The notes: generated by a model from the letters alone, not told the origin. Positions 8,752 to 18,354 are shown, counted from the first letter of the stretch. The stretch: 32,000 nt of DNA from Formosa sp. Hel1_33_131 (GCF_001735745.1 NZ_CP017260.1:1440001-1472000), one strand, 5' to 3'. Made by a program: numbers and translations.

Positions 8752-9768
8752 ATGAAAGGCGTTTTATTAGTCAACCTCGGGTCTCCAGACAGCCCCACCC
8801 CAAAAGATGTAAAAAAATATTTAGGCGAATTTTTGATGGACGAACGCGTGATCGATGTCCCCTTATGGGCGCGAACGCTTTTAGTCAAAGGAATCATCTT
8901 AAATACCCGTCCGAAAATTTCGGCAAAAGCGTATAAAAAAATATGGTGGGAAGAAGGTTCTCCACTCATTGTTTTATCAGAGCGTTTAGAAAATAAACTA
9001 AAACAAGAAGTCGAATTGCCCACAGCGCTCGCCATGCGTTATGGCAAGATGACCATTAAAAATGGACTTCAAAAACTAGTCGATCAAGGGGTTGATGAGG
9101 TTTTAATCATTCCTTTATATCCACAATTTGCGATGGCCACGACCGAAACAATTTTGGTGCTTGCCAAGGAATTAAGAGATGCTCATTTTCCGCAATTGAC
9201 GCTCTCTGATTTACCGCCATTTTATAACAATCCAGAGTATATTAAAGTCCTGTCCAATACAATTAAAGAATCTTTAAAAGGAAAAACGTACGAACATTTA
9301 TTATTTTCCTACCACGGAATTCCAGAACGTCACATTCGTAAAAGTGACATTACTAAGTCACATTGTAAGATTGACAAGTCATGTTGTGTGACACCTTCTG
9401 AAGCACATGCGTATTGCTATAAACATCAATGTCTCGAAGTGACTCGTTTGGTGGGCGAAGAATTAGGACTTGAGGATGCCGTGTATTCTACTTCGTTTCA
9501 ATCGCGTTTAGGGTTTGACCCATGGTTACAACCTTATACCGATCGAACGATTGAACGTTTAGGGAAAGAAGGCACAAAATCGATGGCCATTGCAACGCCC
9601 GCTTTTGTGAGTGATTGCCTTGAGACGCTTGAAGAAATTGCCATGGAAGGGGAAGAAATTTTTCATGAAGTTGGAGGGAAAGATTTCACAACCATTCCCT
9701 GTTTGAATGACGATCCGGCTTGGGTGTCACTTCTTGCGAAATGGGTCACAGAATGGTCTTCAAAATAA
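8752..9768 (+). CDS. hemH: Ferrochelatase
   Basis: MKGVLLVNLGSPDSPTPKDVKKYLGEFLMDERVID, LIIPLYPQFAMATTE and FSYHGIPERH. Start moved to ATG 8752, because the track ORF's upstream extension overlaps the araC gene. Confidence 0.93.
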   Translation: MKGVLLVNLGSPDSPTPKDVKKYLGEFLMDERVIDVPLWARTLLVKGIILNTRPKISAKAYKKIWWEEGSPLIVLSERLENKLKQEVELPTALAMRYGKMTIKNGLQKLVDQGVDEVLIIPLYPQFAMATTETILVLAKELRDAHFPQLTLSDLPPFYNNPEYIKVLSNTIKESLKGKTYEHLLFSYHGIPERHIRKSDITKSHCKIDKSCCVTPSEAHAYCYKHQCLEVTRLVGEELGLEDAVYSTSFQSRLGFDPWLQPYTDRTIERLGKEGTKSMAIATPAFVSDCLETLEEIAMEGEEIFHEVGGKDFTTIPCLNDDPAWVSLLAKWVTEWSSK

Positions 9769-9778
9769 TTTAGATTGC

Positions 9779-11128
9779 ATGCATAAATCCACTTCACAAG
9801 ACTTTGGTACTGAAACCATTGGTAAATTATTAATCAAACAGGCGGTTCCGGCATCAATCGGAATTTTAGTCATGTCGCTTAATATTTTAGTGGATACTAT
9901 TTTTGTGGGGCATTGGATTGGTTCGCAAGCCATTGCTGCCATTAATGTGGTGTTGCCTGTTTCGTTTTTTATTGCCGCCTTAGGGATGTCAATTGGGATT
10001 GGCGGCTCCTCTATTATTTCGAGAGCCCTCGGGGCAAAGGAGGTTCCAAAAGCTTTTAAAACATTTGGGAATCAAATCACAATGACACTCGTGTTGACGG
10101 TTGTACTTGTGTTTTTTGGATTGTTTTATATTGATAATCTTATTCCAGCCTTTGGTGGCAAGGGGACCATTTTTGAACCTGCAAAAATATACTATAGAAT
10201 TGTACTCTACGGCGTTCCTTTTCTAGCACTTTCTATGATGGGGAATACGGTGATCAGAGCCGAAGGGAAACCCAAATTTGCGATGTATGCCATGATGATT
10301 CCATCGGTGTCAAACTTATTAATGGATGTTCTTTTTATAAACGTTCTGGATTTGGGGATGATGGGTGCTGCCTGGGCGACGACGGGTTCCTATGTGCTTT
10401 GTTTTGCATTTATTTTTTGGTTTTTTAGTTCTAAGAATTCTGAAATGAAAATTTCATGGCCGCATTTCAAATTACAAAAATCGATTGTGTCTGAAATTAG
10501 TAATTTAGGATTGGTCACGCTATCGCGACAAGCGATTGTAAGTGTTACCTATTTGTTGATGAACAATATTTTATTCGATTTTGGTGGTGAAACTTCGGTG
10601 ACTTCCTACGCAATTGTATCTCGAATGTTGATGTTTGCATTGTTTCCAATTTTTGGAATTACACAGGGATTTGTACCCATTGCGGGCTACAACTACGGGG
10701 CACATAATTATGATCGGGTCAAACAAACCATTCGAATTGCGATTATATATTCAATAGCGATGGCCTCTCTAATTTTTGTGCTGTTGATTGGATTTCCAGA
10801 ACTGATTACACGGATGTTTACGACGGATCCGTTGGTGATCGAAAAAACACCTACGGCGATGCGTTGGGTGTTTGCAGCCACTCCTATTATAGCAATTCAA
10901 CTGATTGGGTCCGCCTATTTTCAGGCCGTAGGAAAAGCAGTACCGGCACTGTTATTGACGCTTTCTCGACAAGGATTTTTCTTTATTCCTCTTATTTTTA
11001 TACTTCCTTTATGGTATGGCGAACTCGGGGTTTGGATGGCGTTTCCAGTTTCAGACGTACTTTCTACTCTAGTCACCGCCGTTATTTTATATAAAGAAGT
11101 CAAGACGAAATTAATCTCAAAAACATAA
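9779..11128 (+). CDS. MATE-family efflux transporter
   Basis: About 12 predicted TM segments. Has the N-terminal LLIKQAVPASIGILVMSLNILVDTIFVGH motif and its internal repeat, typical of MATE. Start moved to ATG 9779. Confidence 0.85.
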   Translation: MHKSTSQDFGTETIGKLLIKQAVPASIGILVMSLNILVDTIFVGHWIGSQAIAAINVVLPVSFFIAALGMSIGIGGSSIISRALGAKEVPKAFKTFGNQITMTLVLTVVLVFFGLFYIDNLIPAFGGKGTIFEPAKIYYRIVLYGVPFLALSMMGNTVIRAEGKPKFAMYAMMIPSVSNLLMDVLFINVLDLGMMGAAWATTGSYVLCFAFIFWFFSSKNSEMKISWPHFKLQKSIVSEISNLGLVTLSRQAIVSVTYLLMNNILFDFGGETSVTSYAIVSRMLMFALFPIFGITQGFVPIAGYNYGAHNYDRVKQTIRIAIIYSIAMASLIFVLLIGFPELITRMFTTDPLVIEKTPTAMRWVFAATPIIAIQLIGSAYFQAVGKAVPALLLTLSRQGFFFIPLIFILPLWYGELGVWMAFPVSDVLSTLVTAVILYKEVKTKLISKT

Positions 11129-11130
11129 TT

Positions 11131-11667
11131 ATGGATTTTTACAACTACATTAAATCGCTTCATTTGATTTTTGTAATCACATGGTTTGCAGGATTGTTCT
11201 ACATTCCTCGTATTTTTATATACCACATTGAAGCGTCTCAAAAGGCATCTCCAGAAAAAGAAATATTAGCGACTCAATTAAAAATAATGGCCAAACGCTT
11301 GTGGTATATTATTACTTGGCCGTCTGCGATTCTGGCGATTCTATTTGGAATCTGGCTTTTAGCCTTAGCACCTCACTGGTTTGAGCAGTCTTGGATGCAT
11401 GCCAAATTAGGATTTGTAGTGTTACTTATTGTGTATCACATCAAAACCCACCTTATTTTTAAGCAGCTTCAAAACGATCAAATTAACTATACTTCCAATT
11501 TTATGCGGATTTGGAATGAAGGCGCGACACTCATTCTTTTCGCCGTTGTATTTTTAGTGATATTAAAAAGCACACTTGATATGGCTTATGGAATGTTGGG
11601 GCTTGTTGGACTGGCGATTCTTTTGATGTTGGGCATTAAATTATACAAACGCAGACGTTCTGAGTAA
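11131..11667 (+). CDS. hemJ: Protoporphyrinogen IX oxidase, HemJ type (UPF0093/CopD-like)
   Basis: SLHLIFVITWFAGLFYIPRIFIYH and a C-terminal LYKRRR tail. The sequence is collinear with my recollection of cyanobacterial HemJ. 2 nt after the MATE stop. Confidence 0.85.
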   Translation: MDFYNYIKSLHLIFVITWFAGLFYIPRIFIYHIEASQKASPEKEILATQLKIMAKRLWYIITWPSAILAILFGIWLLALAPHWFEQSWMHAKLGFVVLLIVYHIKTHLIFKQLQNDQINYTSNFMRIWNEGATLILFAVVFLVILKSTLDMAYGMLGLVGLAILLMLGIKLYKRRRSE

Positions 11668-11720
11668 TCATTATGTGTTGGACTCGTTTTTTTTTCTATA
11701 TTTAACAAAAGTCTATTTTT

Positions 11721-13187
11721 ATGGCCAAACGTAAGTTGTCTTTAAGCTCTCGTATTTTTATTTACATGATCATGTTGGTCGTACTCGCATCTATCCTTAT
11801 TGCAGGGGTGACCATCTATCAATATAGTGAGCAGTCTCAGGATTACCACCGTTTGCGTTTGGAACGTAAGGAAGCTCAACTTATTTCGAGTATAAATTAT
11901 GTTTTAAAAGAAACGACTTGGGAAGTTAAAACAGAGAATTTGCCCCTAATTTTTAAAGACAAAATATACGAGATTGCGAATATTCACAATGTCAATTTTA
12001 ACCTCTACGATTTAAAGGGTGACTTGGTTAAAATGTCGAAACCTAATTTTGAAAACAATACGATTGAGACCCAGTTGTCCATCGATATTTTAGACAAGCT
12101 CAATCAAAGTGTGTCCAAACGATTTGTTGAAAAAATCAAACGCTTTGGAGAGGACTATCGCTCTTCGTATATGATATTTACAGATAACAACGCTAAACCG
12201 TTGGGTGTACTGAACGTCCCTTATTTTGATGACGATTCTTTAAATTATGGAGAGCTTAAGACGTTTTTAATCCGATTGAGTTATGCGTATATCATCATGA
12301 TTTTAGTCGCTATAGCCTTCGCGTATTTTGTATCTAAATACATTACAAAATCACTTCAAACGATTCGAGAAAAAATGAAGGGGACCCGTTTACAGAAGCG
12401 CAACCAAAAAATTGAGCTCAAAGGGGCGAGCTTAGAAGTTTCTGCTTTGGTAGAATCTTATAATAGTATGATTGATGAGTTGGAAGACAGTGTCAAAAAA
12501 TTAGCCACCAGCGAACGGGAACAAGCGTGGCGTGAAATGGCAAAACAAGTGGCTCATGAAATCAAAAACCCATTGACGCCCATGCGTTTAAGTGTGCAAA
12601 GCTTTCAGCGCAAATTTGATCCACAAGATCCAGACATTCACAAAAAAGTAGATGAATATACAAAAACCTTGATCCAACAAATAGATACCATGAGCTCGAT
12701 AGCGTCGGCTTTTTCCGATTTTGCTAAAATGCCAGCTCAAAAACTTGAAGTTTTAAACGTGGTTGAAGTTGTCGAGTTGTCCCTAGATATTTTTCCGGTA
12801 AGTGACATTAAATTCATTTCAAATGAATCTGAAATTATTGCTAATTTTGACCGTTCTCAACTGATTCGAATTATTACGAATTTAGTAAAGAATGCAGTTC
12901 AATCCATTCCGGAGGGCCGTGCGCCTCAAATTAGTGTCCACCTATTTTCTGACGACACGGACGTTGTAATCAAAGTCAAAGACAATGGCGCTGGGATTAC
13001 AAAAGCAATTGAAGACCGAATTTTTGAGCCCAAGTTCACCACCAAAACAAGTGGGATGGGCCTGGGCTTGCCAATGATAAAAAACATGATCGATACGTAT
13101 AACGGCAGTATTACTTTCTCTTCTATTATAGATGAAGGAAGTCAATTTACGGTGCGTTTTCCTAAATATTTTCAAGATGAATTATAA
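11721..13187 (+). CDS. Membrane sensor histidine kinase (2 TM, periplasmic sensor domain, HAMP-like linker, HisKA, HATPase_c)
   Basis: H-box AKQVAHEIKNPLTPMRLS, N-box ITNLVKNAVQS, and G-boxes VKDNGAGI and GMGLGLPMIK. No response regulator is adjacent. Confidence 0.85.
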   Translation: MAKRKLSLSSRIFIYMIMLVVLASILIAGVTIYQYSEQSQDYHRLRLERKEAQLISSINYVLKETTWEVKTENLPLIFKDKIYEIANIHNVNFNLYDLKGDLVKMSKPNFENNTIETQLSIDILDKLNQSVSKRFVEKIKRFGEDYRSSYMIFTDNNAKPLGVLNVPYFDDDSLNYGELKTFLIRLSYAYIIMILVAIAFAYFVSKYITKSLQTIREKMKGTRLQKRNQKIELKGASLEVSALVESYNSMIDELEDSVKKLATSEREQAWREMAKQVAHEIKNPLTPMRLSVQSFQRKFDPQDPDIHKKVDEYTKTLIQQIDTMSSIASAFSDFAKMPAQKLEVLNVVEVVELSLDIFPVSDIKFISNESEIIANFDRSQLIRIITNLVKNAVQSIPEGRAPQISVHLFSDDTDVVIKVKDNGAGITKAIEDRIFEPKFTTKTSGMGLGLPMIKNMIDTYNGSITFSSIIDEGSQFTVRFPKYFQDEL

Positions 13188-13959
13188 TACAATTTTAAAC
13201 GATTTTAGTAATGGAATTACAACCATTACCATCAACAGACCTACAAAATTAAACGCGTTAAACAAAGCTACTATTTTTGAACTGCACACCGCTTTTAAGG
13301 CTGCTGAATCTGATGTTGACACCAAAGTCATCATCCTTACGGGCAGTGGCGAAAAGGCGTTTGTAGCTGGGGCGGACATCAGCGAGTTTGCTGACTTTGA
13401 TGGAGAAGAGGGGCGTGCACTGTCCAAAGAAGGTCAGGATTTGTTGTTTGATGTGGTTGAAAATTTATCAACGCCAGTAATTGCGGCGGTTAATGGATTT
13501 TCGCTTGGTGGTGGATTGGAGTTGGCCATGTCTGCACACTTCCGATTGGCCAGTACAAACGCGCGTATGGGCTTGCCAGAAGTGTCTTTAGGATTGATTC
13601 CGGGGTATGGTGGAACGCAACGCTTGACACAGTTGATAGGGAAGGGGCGCGCCATGGAATTGATTATGACGGCGAGTATGATTGATGCGGAAAAAGCACT
13701 TGCTTATGGTTTGGTGAATTATGTGGTTCCTCAGGAAGAGTTATTGCCAAAATGTTATGCCTTAGCAGATAAAATTAAATCTAATTCTTCTTTAGCAATC
13801 AGTGCTGCCATCAAAGCGGTCAATGCGAATTATACAGATGGAATGAATGGGTATGACGTCGAAATCTCTGAATTTGGAAAGTGTTTTGAAACTGAAGATT
13901 TTGAAGAAGGAACGACTGCTTTTTTGGAAAAACGAAAATCTAAGTTTACGGGGAGGTAA
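13177..13959 (+). CDS. Enoyl-CoA hydratase/isomerase (crotonase) family protein
   Basis: ITINRPTKLNALN, ILTGSGEKAFVAGADI and NGFSLGGGLELAMSAHFR. The ATG at 13177 lies inside the last codons of the kinase gene (11-nt overlap). Confidence 0.85.
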   Translation: MNYNTILNDFSNGITTITINRPTKLNALNKATIFELHTAFKAAESDVDTKVIILTGSGEKAFVAGADISEFADFDGEEGRALSKEGQDLLFDVVENLSTPVIAAVNGFSLGGGLELAMSAHFRLASTNARMGLPEVSLGLIPGYGGTQRLTQLIGKGRAMELIMTASMIDAEKALAYGLVNYVVPQEELLPKCYALADKIKSNSSLAISAAIKAVNANYTDGMNGYDVEISEFGKCFETEDFEEGTTAFLEKRKSKFTGR

Positions 13960-14081
13960 AACACAACAAAATGGTTTAAGGTGAGGCTTAAACGACTCTA
14001 GTACAGACTCAAACAACTTTAAGTGTATTGTGTTTTAATTAAAAAGACACTTTAAAATTTGGAAAAAGTTATCTTTTAAGT

Positions 14082-14089
14082 TAACTTTG
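14082..14089 (+). promoter_or_regulatory. Candidate -7 box TAACTTTG for the toxin-antitoxin pair, overlapping a 10-bp palindrome
   Basis: taactttg matches TAnnTTTG and ends 4 nt before ATG 14094. The palindrome aagttaactt spans 14078-14087. Confidence 0.35.
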
Positions 14090-14093
14090 TGCC

Positions 14094-14360
14094 ATGGTTA
14101 GGGAAATAATATTCTTTGAAACACACTTTATTGAATTTTATCAAAAACAAAACGCAAAAGTAAAGGGAAAAATTCAGTATGTTTTTGAACTACTTAAACA
14201 AGTAGATCGAGTACCTGAAAAATTTCTCAAACACTTGACAGGTTCAAACGGACTCTATGAAATCCGTATTGATTACCAGTCAAATATTTACCGAATATTT
14301 TGCTGTTTTGACCAAGGTAAATTAGTAGTGCTTTTTAACGGTTTTCAAAAGAAAACTTAA
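14094..14360 (+). CDS. RelE/ParE-superfamily (Gp49/HigB-like) toxin, C-terminally truncated and probably decaying (see findings)
   Basis: KFLKHLTGSNGLYEIRIDYQSNIYRIFCCFDQGKLVVLFNGFQKKT followed by TAA. The remainder of the family C-terminus is readable downstream in another frame, up to 14440. Confidence 0.7.
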   Translation: MVREIIFFETHFIEFYQKQNAKVKGKIQYVFELLKQVDRVPEKFLKHLTGSNGLYEIRIDYQSNIYRIFCCFDQGKLVVLFNGFQKKT

Positions 14361-14432
14361 AAAACACCAAAAAAGAACTTGACAAGGCTAAAAAATTGAT
14401 GACCTCATATTTTGAACATAAAGACAACAGAA

Positions 14433-14732
14433 ATGGATAAATACAAAAACATTACAAACTACGAAGAACTGATTGAGGTTGAACACGGCAAAATTGGAAC
14501 TGAAAACAGAAATAAATATGAAGAAAATGCACACATGTTTATTATTTCAGAAATGTTAAAGAATGCCCGTAAAGAAGCGAAAATGACGCAAGAACAACTA
14601 GCTGATAAAGCGGGTACAAAAAAAAGCTATATCTCCAAATTAGAAAATGCAAAAGGAAATATTCAGCTTTCTACCTTAATCCGAATTTTCGAACACGGGT
14701 TAAACAAACGCATTGGATTAACATTTCTTTAA
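14433..14732 (+). CDS. XRE-family HTH antitoxin (HigA-like)
   Basis: MTQEQLADKAGTKKSYISKLENAKGNIQLSTLIRIF. Start set at ATG 14433, because the track's first codon at 14412 is TTG. The ATG overlaps the reconstructed toxin stop. Confidence 0.75.
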   Translation: MDKYKNITNYEELIEVEHGKIGTENRNKYEENAHMFIISEMLKNARKEAKMTQEQLADKAGTKKSYISKLENAKGNIQLSTLIRIFEHGLNKRIGLTFL

Positions 14733-14771
14733 AAAAACTAACGACTGCCCAACCGCGTATATAGTTAATAA

Positions 14772-14821
14772 CCCAAAGATTTTGGGAATAAAAAAAGCCC
14801 AAACATACGTCTGGGCTTTTC
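14772..14821. terminator. Two hairpins between the convergent antitoxin and atpC genes; the second is a bidirectional intrinsic terminator
   Basis: First hairpin: cccaaa-gat-tttggg (14772-14786). Second hairpin: aaa-agccca (14793-14801), 10-nt loop, tgggct-ttt (14812-14820). The second has an A-run on one side and a T-run on the other. Confidence 0.6.
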
Positions 14822-14844
14822 AATTTTATTCAATCAAGACTTTG

Positions 14845-15120
14845 TTAATCGGCTAAGATTATAATTTTATTAGCGTTCATTTCAATAGCGCCAGAATCAA
14901 TGGCAAACCAATAGCCTTTTCCCTTTTGCTCAAATTGTGTTTTGTTAGAATCATCGAGGGTAATGTCTCCTGCGATTTTTACATGTCCTTCTTTAAGGAT
15001 CGACACAATAGCGGCGTGATTATTTAGCATTTCAAAATCACCATTCACACCAGGGACAGAGACACTGTCTACATGGCCTTTGAATATGGTTGCTTCTGGA
15101 GTTACAATTTCTAAATACAT
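14845..15120 (-). CDS. atpC: F1 ATP synthase epsilon subunit, short form (beta-sandwich domain only)
   Basis: LEIVTPEATIFKGHVDSVSVPGVNGDFEMLNNHAAIVSIL. Lies 10 nt downstream of atpD. 91 aa. Confidence 0.9.
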   Translation of the reverse strand: MYLEIVTPEATIFKGHVDSVSVPGVNGDFEMLNNHAAIVSILKEGHVKIAGDITLDDSNKTQFEQKGKGYWFAIDSGAIEMNANKIIILAD

Positions 15121-15130
15121 AGTTTATTTT

Positions 15131-16654
<1,524 letters not shown>

Positions 16655-16699
16655 TTATTTTTAGCTAAAATGATGCGAAAAACATCGGTTTTCGCGCTG

Positions 16700-16707
16700 C
16701 AAAGATA
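16700..16707 (-). promoter_or_regulatory. Candidate -7 box TATCTTTG for atpD-atpC
   Basis: Plus-strand caaagata is the reverse complement of TAnnTTTG. About 60 nt upstream of ATG 16639. Confidence 0.4.
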
Positions 16708-16755
16708 GGAGATTTAATTTAAACTAAAAGTTGTTTTTGCAGCTTTTTTATGCAT

Positions 16756-16798
16756 AAAAAAACGCCTCCATCCGAAGGTTCGGAATGAAGGCGTTTTT
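16756..16798 (-). terminator. Long hairpin terminator downstream of the SGNH lipoprotein gene
   Basis: aaaaacgcct (16758-16767) pairs with aggcgttttt (16789-16798), 10 bp. An inner tccga/tcgga stem lies between them. The A/T runs are part of the stem flanks. Confidence 0.55.
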
Positions 16799-16816
16799 AA
16801 TGTTTTTAATGTTTTG

Positions 16817-18343
16817 TTATTGCAACATCGGGGAGTAATTAGTAGGATACGTTCCTATATTTACTAGGTTCCCAGAAGCTTCAAAATTAGAACCATAAGT
16901 TGCATCAGCTGCTCTTAAATAGCAATTTGCTAAAGCGGCATAACCACGTGCTGTCATATGAATTCCGTCTAAACTAATAGCGCCGCCAGTTACTAAGTTT
17001 GCTGTCAAAACGAAGTCTCCTTCAGACCATCCAGTTGAAGTTGCTTGATCTAAAATCATTTTTAGATCTACAATTCCCAGTCCAGCACCAGTTCTAACAG
17101 TTTCAATAGACATATTATAAGCGTCTGTTGCTGTTTGTATGTTAGTGATTTCTTGAGGTGTTAAAACCAACTCATCTCCCATAGGGACAGCGACTCCAGT
17201 TCCTAAAGGAATCAAGGTTGAAGCAGTCAGTAAAATTAAATCCTCTGAAGTTGCTTGTCTCATGCTTACTAATGCAGGATTAATAGCTGTTAAGTCCGTA
17301 AGGTATTCATCCATGATTACAAGCGCATTACCCTCACCTTCAGTAAAAGTAATCGTTCTTTTTGCGATTTCCATGTCTGCATCTTCTTGGGTTACAACAT
17401 TAACGCTGACCAGATAACCAAATGCAGCTGCAACTCCTGCGTTGTAAGCACCATAAGCACCAGCGCTATTCAAAACACCTGCTGTGGCAGCATCTAAAGG
17501 AACTGGGTTATGAGGTACAGTATTAAAGAACGGCACTTTAGTGACGTCAGGAACGTTTGTGACCACGCCTTTAGCACCATTTGCTGTTAATTGAGAAACC
17601 ATCAATCCAAAGATCTGACCAAATGCAGCCGGATCTGTAATATCGTTGCCTCCATAAGATGCAACATCAGGATTTCCTGTTTGATCTACACCAGTACCGC
17701 CAGAAAGAGCATAACTTAAAACGTCATTTCCACCCATTAATGAAAGTGTGAAAAATGATGGGTTTTGAGCCAAAGCATCTCCCAAAACAGTCGCGTTTGG
17801 ACTCGAAGCCATTCTTGCAAAATAAGGGTTAGCCAATCCTAGTGGAACTCCAGCAAGATTTCCATATCCAGGAGCTAATAAGTGAAAACTTTTTGCACCC
17901 GGTACGCCCATGTTATTAAAAGGTCCAGTTAGTATAATGCCCGCTTCTGTTGTTGGTGTTGCACCTAAACGCTCAGGTGTAGCTCCGTTAAAGAATAATC
18001 TTGGTTCTGCTATTTGAGTTCCTCCTAAGAGCAATCCACCAATATTATCGCTTACTAAAGGTTGAGTGAATGCTCCACCTCCTGCTTTAGCAAATTCTTT
18101 TGATAAGATATTAGGGTACGAATTTTCTTGTCCTGCTTTAAATACGGCTCCGTCTGTATATCCAGCCGTAAACGAAGGGCCTACAGCGACATAATTAGAT
18201 AAATCTAAGTCCCCAGCAGTTAATGCTATTGGTGTCTCTGTTTCTACGGTTTCTCCATTAGCTTCAAGCACGTCTTCTACGTCATTACAGGCCGTAAATC
18301 CAAGAACTACCGTACTAAGTAATAAATATTTAATATGTTTCAT
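16817..18343 (-). CDS. Surface lipoprotein with an SGNH/GDSL-hydrolase fold carrying a large insertion
   Basis: Lipobox LGFTA-C. SGNH blocks: I GPSFTAGY, II FNNMGVPGAKS, III MGGNDVL, V DGIHMTARGYA. About 250 aa separate blocks III and V. 11 nt downstream of the TonB receptor gene. Confidence 0.7.
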   Translation of the reverse strand: MKHIKYLLLSTVVLGFTACNDVEDVLEANGETVETETPIALTAGDLDLSNYVAVGPSFTAGYTDGAVFKAGQENSYPNILSKEFAKAGGGAFTQPLVSDNIGGLLLGGTQIAEPRLFFNGATPERLGATPTTEAGIILTGPFNNMGVPGAKSFHLLAPGYGNLAGVPLGLANPYFARMASSPNATVLGDALAQNPSFFTLSLMGGNDVLSYALSGGTGVDQTGNPDVASYGGNDITDPAAFGQIFGLMVSQLTANGAKGVVTNVPDVTKVPFFNTVPHNPVPLDAATAGVLNSAGAYGAYNAGVAAAFGYLVSVNVVTQEDADMEIAKRTITFTEGEGNALVIMDEYLTDLTAINPALVSMRQATSEDLILLTASTLIPLGTGVAVPMGDELVLTPQEITNIQTATDAYNMSIETVRTGAGLGIVDLKMILDQATSTGWSEGDFVLTANLVTGGAISLDGIHMTARGYAALANCYLRAADATYGSNFEASGNLVNIGTYPTNYSPMLQ

Positions 18344-18354
18344 AATTTTGATTA

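Noticed and set aside
9707-9778. N-terminal extension of the MATE ORF.
   Set aside because: It overlaps the end of hemH and has no MATE-like sequence. ATG 9779 gives a normal MATE N-terminus.
10921-11241. 106-aa minus-strand ORF spanning the MATE/hemJ junction.
   Set aside because: It is antisense to two well-supported genes and has no motifs.
13792-14016. 74-aa minus-strand ORF reaching from the crotonase gene into the intergenic region.
   Set aside because: It is mostly antisense to the crotonase gene, with no recognisable features and no promoter box.
13991-14746. Possible target-site duplication flanking the TA islet (aacgact at 13991-13997 and 14740-14746).
   Set aside because: A single shared 7-mer between two roughly 100-nt AT-rich gaps is expected by chance. 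No integrase, transposase or longer direct repeat is present.
16675-16695. 7-bp hairpin gcgaaaa/ttttcgc in the atpD leader, considered as a regulatory element.
   Set aside because: It is small and AT-rich, and it sits right at the predicted transcription start. It is likely just a 5' stem or a coincidence, so it is noted but not claimed.
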